Source: Phaeosaccion multiseriatum
Taxonomy: Eukaryota > Protista > Ochrophyta, other classes
NCBI GenBank assembly: GCA_965112735.1
Contig: OZ218954.1
Span: 3,348,001-3,412,000, forward strand
Reading direction: 5' to 3'
DNA: 64,000 bases
This document shows, one piece after another, positions 22,862 through 36,184 of the stretch. The first letter of the stretch is position 1. Each line of letters starts with the position of its first letter. The notes beneath the pieces are model-generated. The model saw nothing but the letters and a program-made list of their open reading frames with translations, ran no database searches and was not told the origin of the DNA. The position numbers and the translations under genes are program-made.

Positions 22862-25131
22862 TATCTTTCAGGAGCATACGGTGCGGCAGCCAGTGACAGG
22901 AGGAGAAGGCGTACTCTGAGAGAGAGAGAGACAGAGAGAGACAGAGAGAGAGAGCGACGGGACGTGTTTTTTTTAATTTCATCAGCGGTCGTGTTTGTGT
23001 GGGTACTTTCCAGCGAGGGAGGGGCGACCGCCCTCCGGAGCTCTAACGGACGAGGGAGGAGCGGTGCTGCTCTTGACTGGAGGGGGAGGGAGGACAAAGC
23101 GAAAGGGCGGAGGGTTCCATCACCAGAGACTGGTTGGATAGATGCTGGTTTATGCTTCGCGGAGGAGGAGGAGGAGGAGGAGGAGGAGGAGAAGGAGAAG
23201 GAGAGAGAGAGAGCCCCCATTGGAGTGAATGTGTGGTTCTGTTGTCTGTTTCCCCAACTCTCGGGTGAAGGCCGTGAGCAAGGTCTTTTGCGGGAGTAGT
23301 AGAGGCGCCGCTGCTACCTCTCTTACCTCTCTTGCAGGCTTAGGAGTATGGGGTTGAGTGGTAGTAGTGATGGTGATGATGGTGATGGTAGGTGGTTTGG
23401 TGGGTGGGTGGGGTACGGGTAGCTGCTCATGTGGTAGCTTTCATGTGGCCCCGTTTCTTCCTCTTCCCCACCGAAGTTAGAGGGATGAGGGTGGGAAGGG
23501 TTTTGGTTGCGCAAGGCAGGGAGATTGATGTGGCTGGAGCATCCGTATGAGGGGCTCTCACCCTCCTCTCTTTTTTTGTCTTTTTTATCTCCTCTTCTTC
23601 GCAGCTCCCTCTTTTGGGGAGAGCTCAAGAGGAGGAGGAGGAGGAGGAGGAGGAGGAGGAGGGAGAGGGGAGGCGAAGAGGAGAGAGGCTCCAGACGGAC
23701 CTCGGTGACCGCGGAATGAATTGAATGTATAGGAGAGGTGGAGAAGCAGGGGAGGAGTAGGAGAGAAGGGGGGTTTAGAGTCGGCAACGCACTGTTGTGT
23801 GAGAAAATGAACGACATTTCTGGACAAATCTCTGACTTTCACTCCTTACCATATGGCGTATGGTACGACTTTTCTTCAGGTTCGATCGTTTTTTCTCGCG
23901 TTTTAGCTAGAGCATGCTTGCTCCCTTCGTCCATCTCGTTGTAAATCGTACGTTCCAGTCATTTTCCCCAATCCCAAGCAATACCTATTTTTGAACATTC
24001 CGGCTGGCAACAGAGAGGAGGAGAAAAAACAGCCAAAGAAGAAACTCTTTGGGCTTTAAGAGAGGTAGGAGAGAGGCTGGAGAGGTAGTGCAGGAGAAAT
24101 CTGGTGTGCTCTGGGCCTTGAAAGATGTGGCAGAGGAGGTGGGCGGAGAGTTTAGGTCCGCTTTCGCAAAGCCAACACCACCACAACTGTCCTCCAACCA
24201 AATGGTGGAAGGATGTGGGGGGCTGCTGCTGTAGGAAGATTCTTTCCTCCCTTCTCATTTGCCCTCGCCGTGCCGCTCGTTTCGTCTATCCGTTGTTGTC
24301 AGAAGAGGAAGAGAATTTGTCCTTGTCTTACTCATCTTCCCTTGCTAGCCTCCCTGGAGTTTTACTCTTTCAACCACCCAAAGCTCACACAAACACGCGT
24401 CTCTTTTCTTGTGCAGTGACTACTGGGAAGCGCAGCGAAGAAACCCCGGTGCAGACTCGAGCAGCGACGGGTTGAAGTGGAGGAATGACAAAAGAGATGA
24501 AGAGATGAGATGACCGATGTCGCAAATTCGCCAAGCCCCGGCACCAGCCGCAGCAGAAGCACTTCGCTTCCACGCTTGCATCAGGGAAGCGCATCGATGA
24601 TGGAGTAGCACCAGCAAGGGATCTGTGGAATAGGAGGAGCATAAGTATGCTCCTCCCTCTCCTCTCTCACACTACTTCTTACTGTGTCGGGACTTTTCCT
24701 GAGGCAACACAACGAATACACACGGGCGGAGCGGTGCTTGCCGACGCGCGCGTACGCGAAGACAATATTAGCGCTGCAGCAGCGACGCAGTAGACAGCAG
24801 AAGGAGTGTCTCCGGGGGGGCGACAAAAATCTACGTGCGCTGTCGTCCCAGAAAGCAAGGCAAGGGACGGAAGGAAGGACCCACTGGAGGAGTTGTCGTC
24901 GCCCCCCTAGTTATCATCTGTGGTGTGGCAAGGTTGGAAGGAGCCACACTGTTCTCGCTTGGCAGGAGCGAGATAGTATACATGCGGAGGGGGGGAAGGG
25001 CCTACCTCTAGCATACATCTAGCACACCTTTAGCTTTAGAGTACTCGATAAGGTCAGTCTGGCGGCGGCGACCCCCATCCTCTCGTTTTTGTGTGGCTTC
25101 GAACGAGCACGGCAGAGGCACTGATCTACTG

Positions 25132-27486
25132 ATGCCTCATCGCCCAGTAGGGGGAGGAGGAGGAGGAGAAGGAGGAGGAGGAGGAGGAGGAGGAGGAGGA
25201 GGAGGAGGAGGAGGAGGAGGAGGAGGAGGAGGAGGAGGGGTAGGGATGAGGGAGGGAAGTTCTCTGATGGATGCCTTGAGGAGAGAAGGGGATGCAGCAG
25301 CATCAAGAGGAGGAGGAGGAGGAGGAGGAGGAGGAGGAGGAGGAGGAGGAGGAGGAGGAGGAGGAGGAGGAGGAAGAGGAGGAGAAGGAGGGGAAGGAGG
25401 AGGATCGTTGGAGGGGGAAGGGGGGGGAGAGGGAGGAGGCTTTGTCAGTTTAGGCCCGTTGCTACTGAGCAGTGAGGAGGCAGCGCTGGCGGCATTGTCC
25501 GTGGCAAGAGGAGGAGGGGGGGGGAGAGCAGCAGGAGGAGGAGGAGGACGAGGAGGGAGAGGGGGAGGTAAGACTGCGTACTTGCACCGCCTGAAGCATA
25601 GCAGGAAGGAAAAGAGGGTGAGAGATGCCTCCAAGATTCAGAAGCGTGAGCACAAGCTGGACAAGTGGGGGAGACAGAGCAATCGGGGCAGAAGTGACCG
25701 CCTGCGGAGTAGGTGGGAGGACCACGGAGGAGTGAATCAGGAGCAGCAGCAGCAGCAGCAGCAGCAGGGGCGCCAGGGGCAGCAATGGGGAGATGGCAGC
25801 GGAAGGACCAGGAGTAACAGCAGGGGTAGGAGTAGGAACAACAACAACAACAACAACAACAACCACCACCACCACCACGACATCGACTTTCTTGGAGAGG
25901 GAGACGCGGAGTCGCTGCTGACCTCGAGCTTGCCCCCCGGGGGGCTCGACGCTGTGTCGGAGGTATCGGAGGTATCGGAGGTAGAATTGCTGCTGGATGA
26001 GGGGCTGCTGGGCCTCGGGCTCGAGGGAGAGATAGACAGCCCTCTCCACGACAGGGAGAGCAGTGGGGATGGCACTTGCAGCACCACCTCTGCGACACTG
26101 GGCACTGGCGGTGCTGCTGCCCCAGGTGGGGTGGTGGCTGTCGGTACCTCCTGCGAAACCGAGGGAGAGGAGACGATTGACCACACGACGAGTGATCAGG
26201 CTGTTGGTCGTCATCAGGCGGAAGGTTCGAGGGAAGGTGTCGTCGTCCGTGAGGACGGCAGGGATATACGGCAAGATAGCGACCAAGGAGGAGGAGGAGG
26301 AGGAGGAGGAGGAGGAGGAGGAGGAGGAGGCAGCAGTAGAAGCAGCGGTGGAGACGCACTCCGGACCCCCTTGGGCAGCAAGAGGAAGACCAACAAGAGG
26401 AAGAACAACACCGCGGCTTCTCCCCTCCTGGGGCGAAGAGCAGGTCTACTCGTTGGCAGTCCTCTGGCAGCGTCATCACCGCTCTCCCCGGGGGGCAGTC
26501 TCTCCTCTCCCGGGGGGCGCACTCCTTCTTCCCAGGGGGGCACTGCTATGGTGGTGCCGGAGGTGCCTGCCGCCCCGACTCTGTATGACAGTGTAAGTTT
26601 GAGCTTCCTGTTTGAGGCGAATGGTGAGGACTCTCAACTCCCTGCGCTGCGTCGGCGGGCGTCGAGTGCGCAATTGAGGCTACGGCGGAGGGCCTCGAGC
26701 TTCCGCAGAGCTTCATCCGCAGCGCTCACGGCCAAAGAAACAGCAGCAGCCACCGCAGCAGCCGCCGCAGCCGCAGCGGCAGGCGCTGATACAGCAGCAG
26801 TTGGTGATACTGTAGCAACAGCAGCAGTGGATGATCCTACTGCCGCAGCAGCAACAGCGTCACTTGGTGATAAAGCAGTTGGTCATTCACCAGTTGGCCA
26901 TAAAGTAGCACCAGCGGCGGCAGTCCTGACACCAGCAGTGAAGAAGGACCCCGCCCCGACAAGAGATTCCGTGGTGCACGCCCTCTTCTTCGCCTTGTTC
27001 GGTGACAAGAAGATTAAGGAGCAGAGTTGTAACGGCAGTGCGGGGGAGTCGTATGGAGGCAGCTGGGACGACGTTGTGGACGATAGCGAGGTAAGATGTA
27101 GGCGTAGTTCGGGTGTGCGTACGTGTACGTGTGTGTGCTGCGCATGCGTGTATGTGTGTGTATGTGTGTGTGCGTGTGTGTGCATGCATGTGTGTATTTG
27201 GTGCATGCGTGTGTGTATGCGCGTGCGTGGGCATGTGTGTGCATGCGTGTGTGCATCTGTGTGTATATGTGTGCGTGTGTATGTGTGTGTATGCGCATAT
27301 GTATCTGCGTGTGTGGGTGTGGCTCTGAAGAGTCCACAGAAAGATTGGCGCAGTGCACCCTTGGATCCTCGGGTCGGGCTTGGCGAAAGTTTCGGGATGA
27401 ACTGAGCTGAACTGAACTGAACCATGTGCGTTGCGTGTGCGTGCATCTCCCTCTTCCGATATGCCTCTGCCTCTCCTCTGCCTCCC

Positions 27487-27517
<31 letters not shown>

Positions 27518-27580
27518 ATCCATCCGTCCCTCCCTTTCTCCCTCTCATGCATCATCCGCCCTGCCTTCTGCTCGGCCTTT

Positions 27581-27627
<47 letters not shown>

Positions 27628-30600
27628 ACTCACAGGATGACGTGGGAGTGGATGAGGCGTGGATAAAGAGCGGACTCGTCATGACCATGTTCACATCAAG
27701 GGCCCTAGATTTGGCCTGCAAGGTCAGTATGTGGGCGCGTGCGTGGGGGCATGGAGGCGGTGGGGGGGGGGGGATGGCAGTGAATGGTGCGTGACAGCTC
27801 TTTCGGCAGCACTATGGTCAATTTTGAGAGGCTGCAAGTCTCTAAATACGGCCCTTTCTCTCACCTCCCCTCCCTCCCTACCTCCCTCTCCCCCTCCCTC
27901 CCTCCACCCCTCCCTCCCGCGCTCCCTTCCTGCCCCCCCCCCTCCTCCCTCCTCCCTCCACTCCGACAGACGCTGACGGACGGCGCATCTTTGCTGCGGC
28001 AGTACGTGGATGCAGGGGTGTTATACAGACTTGTCGACGACCTTAGATTCGAAGACGATCGGGTGCCATCCCCCCGCCTGAGCATTGCCAAGGCAATCTA
28101 CGAACACTGTCCCCACTTGCGTCTGGACATGCTTCAGGCGCTGTCCACGGCGTCGCACGATAGACTGACCAATTGTCGCAAGTTGGAGATGCAGGTACGG
28201 TGGGGGAGTTGGTGATACAGGCAGAGGGAGGGAGGGAAGGGAGGGAAGGAGGGAGGGAGGGGATGGGGCGGAGGCGAGGGCGGGAGCGGGCATGCAAACA
28301 CGTGTCTTACTGTCGGCAATCTCCGCTACCCCTTGTCCCTCTGTCCCTCCCTCCCTCCCAATGCGAGTTAACAGTCGTGGGGCAGGGAGCAGCAGCTCTC
28401 GGCATGCCTGAGCGCCAGCAAGCTTCAAAGAGACCAGGGGCACACGCTGCTTGAGCTGTTGGAGTACTGTCTGCAGACCTTCATTGCCTTGTTCGCCGCA
28501 GGAGAAGGACAAGAAGGACAAGACCAAGACCCTCCTCACTCGACAGAGTCCGCAGACGGGGAGGGTGAGGGTGAGGGTGAGGAAAGGGCTACTGATGTCA
28601 GAGTCGGTAGTGGTGGTGGTGTTGCAGCGCCAACATCATCAACAGCGGCAGTCGTGGAGGAGTCACAAATGGCGCTGCCTGTGGTGGAGGTGGATGTCGA
28701 GGGGGGGGCTGTTGAGGGGAGCCCCTCTTCACAGGGACCGATGCATGTACCCACAGAGCACGAAGGAGAAGAGGAAGAAGAAGGCGTGGAGGTGGAGATG
28801 CAGGATGCGGATGTGATGGCGCCGCTAGTGCCGCTCCCTTGCAGCCGGCCGGCGGAGCTCCAGGGTCAATGGGCACATCGAGGTGGAAGCGATTTGACTT
28901 GGACCGTAGAGGCAGAGGTGGAGGCAAGGGTGGAGGCAGAAGAGGATGAACAGGACGCACAGGCAGAGGGAAAGGACAGAGAGAGCAGTGCTTCTGTATC
29001 ACCACCACCGCCACTTGATGTTGTCAATGGAAGAGGAAAAGGAGCAGTAGCAGCAACTGCAGCAGCAGCAGCAGGAGGAGGAGGAGGAGGAGGAGGAGGA
29101 GGAGAAAGAGGGGAGGAGCTGCAGGAGTTGGTGATACAGCACGAGCACTTCAGGCACATCGCCAGTGGAGGGGAGGGAGGAGGGAAGCTTGGCGACGAGG
29201 AGGACTCCCACGAGTGCGACACGCCTCGACCTCTTTTGTTTGCACCCTCCTCCTCCTCCTCCTCCTCCTCCTCCTCCACGCCCACCACGCGTGCTGGGAC
29301 TCGGACTGGGGTGAACGGCAACGGCAACGACAACAAGGCTTCCAGCAGGGGGGCTCATTCCCCAGGGGAGGCGACTCTTACCCAGGGGGGTGGGGGCGAC
29401 TTCCCAGGGTTGGACTGCGCGGGTGCTGACGCTGCTGATACGGTGGTTGGCTTCCAGCTGGCCCCTCCTTGTGGTGGTAGCGATTGCAGCGGCACGGAAA
29501 GTGGTAGTGGCAGCAACAGCGGCAGCAGCAATGACAGCAGCAGCAGCAGTCGCAGCAGCAGCGGCAGTGTGGAGGTGGAGGTGATGGTGGTGTGTGAAGA
29601 GGACGATGGCGACGTCGACAGCGCCCTCCTGCACCACGTCATCCATGACGAGGGGATGGCAACAGAGGTTGGGGAGGGTGGGGGTGATACCGAAGCAGCA
29701 GTAACAGCAACAGGCTTGGAGACGGAGAAGGAGGAGCAAGAGGAGGATGGAGGCTGGGCAGGAGAAGAAGGAAGAGGAGGAGGAGGAGGAGGAGGAGGAG
29801 GAGGAGGAGGAGGAGGAGCTACCCTTGCTCCTTTCGCTCGTCTGCCCCCTCCTTCTCCTTCTCCATCCCCTCCTCCTCCTCCTCCTCCTCCTCCTCAAGT
29901 TGCTGCCAGGGTGGGTGTTCAAGCAGGCGAGGAAGAAGAAGAAGCTCGAGCAACGGCACCGCGATCACCACCACCACCACCACCACCTCCGAACTTAAGT
30001 CGGGATGTGTGGCCGCAGACACTCGCAGGCAGCGCTCTTAGAGAGTGTACTCGAGCCCTCATGTGCATGATTAAATGCCACGGCACCCGAGTGTCGAGCG
30101 GCGGAGAGGGGGAGCTACAGGCCTTGGAGGCATCGACCCGACTACTTGTTCAGCTCTATGCCCCAGTGGCCCTGTTGGTGGTACAGCAGCTGCTCTCCAG
30201 TTGGCCGGTGGGAGACCACAGGCGAGAGCTGGCTCTGTTGCGGCTGTTGGGGGTGGTGCTGACGTATGCGCCGCCCCTTCCTTTGCTCATGCCGGAGACT
30301 CGGCTGCACACGAGGGCCTTCGGAAGGATTGCCAAGTGCGTAAGGGACCCGCATCAAAAGGTGAGAACACGGATGACAAGAACAGTTTGGTTTTGATTTT
30401 GGATCACTCTCCCCAAAGTAACTGCGATGATGTGTATGCATGTATGAAGGCACTGCTGCTGATACTGCTGCTGCTGCTGCTGCTGTCTAAACTCGACTTA
30501 TTTGGGCATCCCCCCCCCCCCCAAATTGCGCCAACCAGGTGGCCCAAGAGGCGATTGCCATGGCCGGCAACGAATACCTGGTGGGCACCTATCTGCAGGG

Positions 30601-30718
30601 CTGGCCAGACCTCATGGCGGCCATGAAACTGGCACTGTGTGACAACCGCCGCCACTGGAGCGCACACGTGCAGGACCAGTCGGAGCAGATGTTCGATATG
30701 CTTCTAGATTGCTCTTAG
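25132..30718 (+). CDS. Divergent PP2A regulatory subunit B' (B56)-like protein with long low-complexity N-terminus and internal insertion; exons 25132-27090, 27636-27722, 27970-28194, 28375-30360, 30539-30718
   Basis: RQYVDAGVLYRLVDDLRFED, LLELLEY, LLSSWP...RELALL, FGRIAKCVRDPHQKVAQEAIAMAGNEYL...HWS align by eye with B56 motifs ([57 protein letters not shown]; HWN). Start codon uncertain. Confidence 0.72.
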
Positions 30719-30812
30719 CAGAGATCGATATACTTCTAGATTGCTCTTCGCAGAGACTTATGTACTTCTAGATTGCTCATAGCAGAAATCGCATACTTCT
30801 AGACTGCTCTTA
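30685..30812. repeat. About 32 bp tandem repeat, 4 copies, spanning the B56-like stop codon
   Basis: GCAGA..TCGATAT.CTTCTAGATTGCTCTTA repeated four times with progressive divergence. Confidence 0.9.
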
Positions 30813-31782
30813 AGGTCTAGGCTTTTGAGGTTCGGGTCAGGCCCTCGTGAGGGTCGAAGGAGTATGTATGTGTATATACCCCATTAGTGACTCTGGTATT
30901 TGTAAATACACGAAAATACACGCTTCGTGAACGTAACACAGATAGGCAGACCATCCCAGCCAGTCATTCCTCTCGAGTGAATGAATCTTTCATTCCACGG
31001 GCCGCCACCCACTGGAGGTGAATGTGCGGCCCCTCCCTCCTTCCCTCCCCTCCCTCCCTCCCCTCCCTCCCTCCCTCCCCTCCTCCCTCCCACCCTCCCT
31101 CCTCAACACACCCCGGAAATCAGGACCACATCCTTCACATTCCATCACGACACAGCCGGACCGCTTGTATGCGTCCGAGTGCTGATGATGGAATGAGCCG
31201 TTCTGATTCCGATTCTGAACCGGTGATGGGAGACAAGCGCGAAGGCACACCCTGTCCTTGTGTGCATGGTTTCTTTCCTTTTGGTGCTCTCCCCCCCCCC
31301 GCCCCGCCCGCCCGCCCGAACCCCAGCGCGCCCCCTCGCCCTCTCCCTCCTGCCTCAACACCACAACCCGGAAGCCAGGGCCAGGACGGGCGACAAGAAT
31401 GCTCCGATTGATTGGAGGCATGAATAGGCATCATAGCACAGGTGCTTGTGTGTGTCTGACCGTGATGCTTTTTGTCGCCCGTTCTGCGTTCCGCCTCTGG
31501 ACCCGATGATGGGAAGAGAAGTGTGTGTGTGTGTGTGTGAGTGAGAGAGAGAGAGAGAGAGAGAGAGATGCTCTCCCGCCTTTGTCTCCCTGTGCAAAAG
31601 CTGAGCTTACGCTGCAAAAGCTTTGCTCGGCTTTCGCCTCTCCCGTGAAAGCACAGGAGCTCTCCCCCTCCCCTGTCTCTCTCCATCCCAGCCTCTCTCC
31701 CTCTCAGTCTCACCCTCTGTCTCCTTCCCCCCCCCCTCTCTCCCCCCCCTCTCCCGCCCTATTAAGCTTGGCTTAGCTTAGC

Positions 31783-32452
31783 TTACGCCTCTCCAATGAA
31801 GCGTCGAAGCTCATCGTCTGGCAGGCCTCCCTCGAGCTGTCCTGGGGGAGGGAGCAGTTCGGACTCATCTCTCGTGACGCTGTGTGCCAGGCAGAGAGGA
31901 GCGGCCACTGTTTACCAGAGCACGACACACACGCACGTGCACACACACAGAGTCATGGACATGCATACACACACGCATACACGCGGCGCACGCACGCACA
32001 AACACACCCACAGAGAGAGAGAGGGAGGGAGAGAGAGACAGAGATAGGGTCAAAGAGGAGAGAGAGTCAGAAGGGAGGAGAGGAGAGAGAGTCAGAGAGG
32101 AGGAGAGGCGGAGATGTGCCAGTATGGGACATTATGGAAAGGGAGGAGCCCACACGTACACGTACCCCATAGTGGCCAGGAGAGCATGGAGCTCAGCAGT
32201 AGTGAGCCCACAACGATGCTTAGCCCAAGCATGCCCACGTATGCCACTCCAGTCGGTACCTCGGCATTGAGAATCTGCACGGAGGAGGACTCGGCGTTGG
32301 CCTGTGGACGGAGAGGAAGAAAGGAAAGGAAAGTCAAAACGAAACTTGCAAAAACATTGAGAGGGATAGCACGCACGCACGCACACACGCGCACACACAC
32401 ACACACCTACACAACTACACACACACACACACACACACACACCTACACAACT

Positions 32453-32483
<31 letters not shown>

Positions 32484-33274
32484 CACAACTACACACCTGT
32501 GCTCGCGAGAGGCTCCACCATCCGGCGCCCAAAAGAACGACGCAGATGAGGCTCAGAGGGGAGGAAATGACGCTGAGGGTCACGAGGGCGAGGTACAGGA
32601 CAATGTAGTTGGTACTGAAGAAGGGGAGATTGTGCCTTAGTCGGGCGGAGATCTCCCCCGCGCCGGGAACCAGAAATGGCTTGTGCTCCCCTGTATTGGT
32701 TGGTGCGGGGAGAGTGGGAGAGAGGGAGGGAGAGAGAGAGGCAGCGGGACATACACACATAGAGAGAGAAAGAGAGAGAGAGTGAGTGAGTGAGTGAGAG
32801 AGAGAGAGACCGACCGAGTGGAGACACCGAGAGAGAGACAGAGCGAGCGCTACCCATACCCGTTACATCAAGAGAAACCAACTCCTCTGCCGCTGTACTC
32901 TGCTGCGTGCTGCTCCTCTCGCTCTTCTTCCTTCCCCGTTCCTTCTTCACTCCGTTGCTGCTGTGTTTTGCTTTTGTGCATCTGCTGAGCGTCTCCTCCG
33001 TCCTCGTTCCCACCGCGTTCCGTCAGTCCTTCCTTCCCCCCAATCCTTGATCGTCCTCACCTAGTCCGAACACTGCCTTGAGGCCTCGCAGGGGCCCCAC
33101 ATTCACCCTGCTCCGTACCAAGCTCATGGCTTTTTGGCCATAGGCTGTGGCGACATCCATAGAGAGTCTGCTGGCGCTCCGCGGACTCTCTCCGACTTCC
33201 TGTGCTACTGGTGTAGCTACGGGAACTCCCATCTCCCCCTCCATCAGCGCAGAATCGTTTGCGTTAGAGGACAT
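31783..33274 (-). CDS. PRA1 (prenylated Rab acceptor) family membrane protein, 4 exons
   Basis: PFLVP..EISARLRHNLPFFSTNYIVL (NLxxFxxNY motif), hydrophobic hairpins and C-terminal LCLAHSVTRD. Confidence 0.85.
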
Positions 33275-33617
33275 CCTTCCTCTACAAGGCTATCTGGCAG
33301 AGGTGGAGGTTGTTATATTAAAAGGTGGTCGGCTTCTGAAAGCGGGAGGAGGCGTCCGTGGCCCGTTCCCGACGTTGTCAGTTGGGGCGCGGAGAACTAA
33401 CACGCTTACTAGCTCAACTGCCAGAGTGTTTCGATCAAAAAGGCAAGCAGAAACAGCGACAGCGACAGCAACAGCGAAAGAGAGAAGCAGTAAGCAGTGG
33501 AAAGCTTCCGTGCTGCTGTGAAGGACCTGTATGATGAAGCGGGGGCTCCTTCGCGAGATGCAGCAGCGCTTTCCGTTACACTGATACCACCCCCGATCCA
33601 CCCACCCCCTTGAAAGG

Positions 33618-34100
33618 ATGAGTTCCTCAAATGCAACGACCTCGACCAGATCCGTTCTTTCGGGTGGATCGTCTTCGTACCAGGGGCTGGTGGGACTCGG
33701 AAGTCTGCTGGGCGGGAGCAGTTCCGGGCCTACTTCTTCCGCTTCGACCACCTACGATAGCGATTTTCATGAGAGCGATGACGAGGGGAATGCCGAGGAC
33801 GACCACAAGGACAGTGATGCAAAGCGGGAGAGGGATAAGAACTCTCATAAAAGTTCAGAGTTTGTCGGTGAGAGTGTTGGTGTTGATCATCAAAGTGGTG
33901 CAGAGGTGGAAAGTGAGCATGCTGCTGCTGCTGCTGCTGACAGGGTCCTGGGTACCGTTGGGGGCGTAGACGACACCGACAAGGAGAAGCAGCAGCAACA
34001 GCAGCAGCAGCAGCAGCAGCGCGGCGAGGCGGAAGAGGAGGAGGAGGGGGAGGAGGACAAGGAGAATAATGGTGATGATGATGATGATGACGATGATGAC

Positions 34101-34165
<65 letters not shown>

Positions 34166-35658
34166 CGACGACGACGAGTCTGTGGTACGGACAGGCCCTA
34201 GAGCCAGGGGCCTCGCACGCTGTGGGACGGGGCAAAGCGTCCTCACGACAGGCACATTCGCTGTTGACTTCAGCTCGTCCTCCTCTTCGGCGTCTGCTGC
34301 CAGCGAGTCAGGGGGCACGTCTGTCAGGGACGAGTCTGTCGGTGTCGCCTCTACTGGGGGAAGTACTGCCCGTAGTGTCTCCACTGCTGAGGCGAGCCGA
34401 GGAGGAGGAGGAGGAGGAGGAGGAGAAGCAGGAGGAGGTGGAGGCACGGGTGTTACTGCTGCTGCTGCTGCTGCTGCTGCTGTCTGCGATGCGAGTGCGA
34501 GTCCTGGCCAAGTTCCTCGTCGCCATGGACGTCGCCGCCGCCATCTGTGGCCGCTGCTGCAGCCCCTCCTCCGATTGGCGGAGAGAGAACTCACGGAGGA
34601 GGCTCTCCGCCCCTCCTTTGCCTGGACCCCGTCCACGCCTCCCCCAGCGGCACTGGTTTCCCTCGGGGCGGGGGGCTGGGCTGGCATCCCCTCCTCCTCG
34701 TCCTGCCCCGCCTATGTCTCAACCTCTACCGCTGGGTGTGCCTCAGGCACGAGTGGCGGTGTGAGTGGAGACGGTGGGGGTGGATTGGGAGGCACTGCCT
34801 GTGGGCCCCTCCGGGTCAAAGGCCCTTGGCAGAGGAGGATGCGTGCGAGGGCAGCGGATGCCCGTGATGCCATCATCCTCGCTTATGAGATTGCCGGAGG
34901 GTGTGCGTGGAAGAGAGCGGTGGGGTGGGGTACGCACGGGATGGGTGGTGCGCAGGAGAGGAGGGGAAGGCAGAGGAAGGAGGAGGAGACGTTGGAGGCA
35001 TGCTTACGAGAGGCGGCCGAGGCTGGAGACGGGGTGATGCGCTTCAGCGGCAAGGGGCTTGACCTCATTAGCAGCACCGCTTTGTTGTACGATATGAAGA
35101 GGTGAGTGCGTGCGTTCATGTATGTGTGTGTGTGTGTCGTGTGTGTGTGTGAGTGTGTGTGTGTGTGTGTGTGTTTGTGTGTGTGTGTGCACGTCCCTGG
35201 GATGTTTGTGACTGACTGACTCACTGACTGACTGACCGACTGACTGACTGACTGACTCACCCACTCCACTGACTGGTGGATGGATAATCGCACGCATGAC
35301 CTACTTACACTCACGCGTACTCACACGATTTCTACTTCCACTTACATCAATTGACATACACACAACACACAGAGAGGGCTCTCTGACGACCAAGCGCGTC
35401 AGAGGAGAGGCTATGATGGTCCGTCGGCAAGACCTTCGCATAGCAGAGCAGCAACACAGATCTAGAGAGGCCTCCCTCCGGGCCATGCTCAGACAGAGAC
35501 ATGCGAAGGAGAACGACGCGGCGATAGAGAGGGGCGTTGCAAGGCAGAGGGAGCTCTCAGGGGCCAGGAACGACGCGCTGAGGAGATTCGATACTTGCTT
35601 TCATATCGCGGACAGGGCCATTGCAAGATGCTATGATATGGAGGCGCGGCTTGAAGGA

Positions 35659-35693
<35 letters not shown>

Positions 35694-35947
35694 GAGGAGG
35701 AGGAGGAGGAGGAGGAGGAGGAGGACGACGACGACGAAAGGGGGGTGCAAGTGGCGCAAGCAGTCGAGCGGACTTGACTTTGCAAAGGCTTCTCCAGGCC
35801 GATCGGAAGGAGGCATCCCTGTGTGTGCTTGCTGCTCAAGCTACGGCTGCGCAGGCGGTAGAGGAGGCGTCGCCATTTGAAGCGGCGGCGCGGGCCGGCA
35901 AGGAAGAGAGGCAGGCCCAGGCTCAGGCAGCGGCAGTAGCTGGTGGT

Positions 35948-35984
<37 letters not shown>

Positions 35985-36152
35985 GAGGAGGAGGAGGAGG
36001 AGGAGGGGGGGGGGGGGGGTTGCCGGCACAAGGAGGGACGGAGGGGCCTGAAACGGACGAGACAGGAGGGGTGGAGAAGGAGGGGCGGCAGAGGCGAAGG
36101 AGAAGAAGCGCTGGTGCGGTTTCCTCTCGATACAAGGGTAGTGGGAAGTACG

Positions 36153-36184
<32 letters not shown>

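Noticed and set aside
23585-23934. Possible two-exon small ORF on the minus strand (MDEGSKHALAK...)
   Set aside because: Splice sites are plausible but there is no recognisable motif and the acceptor is weak; cannot support it.
30685-30812. CRISPR-like array
   Set aside because: Units are directly tandem with no unique spacers, in a eukaryotic context with no cas genes.
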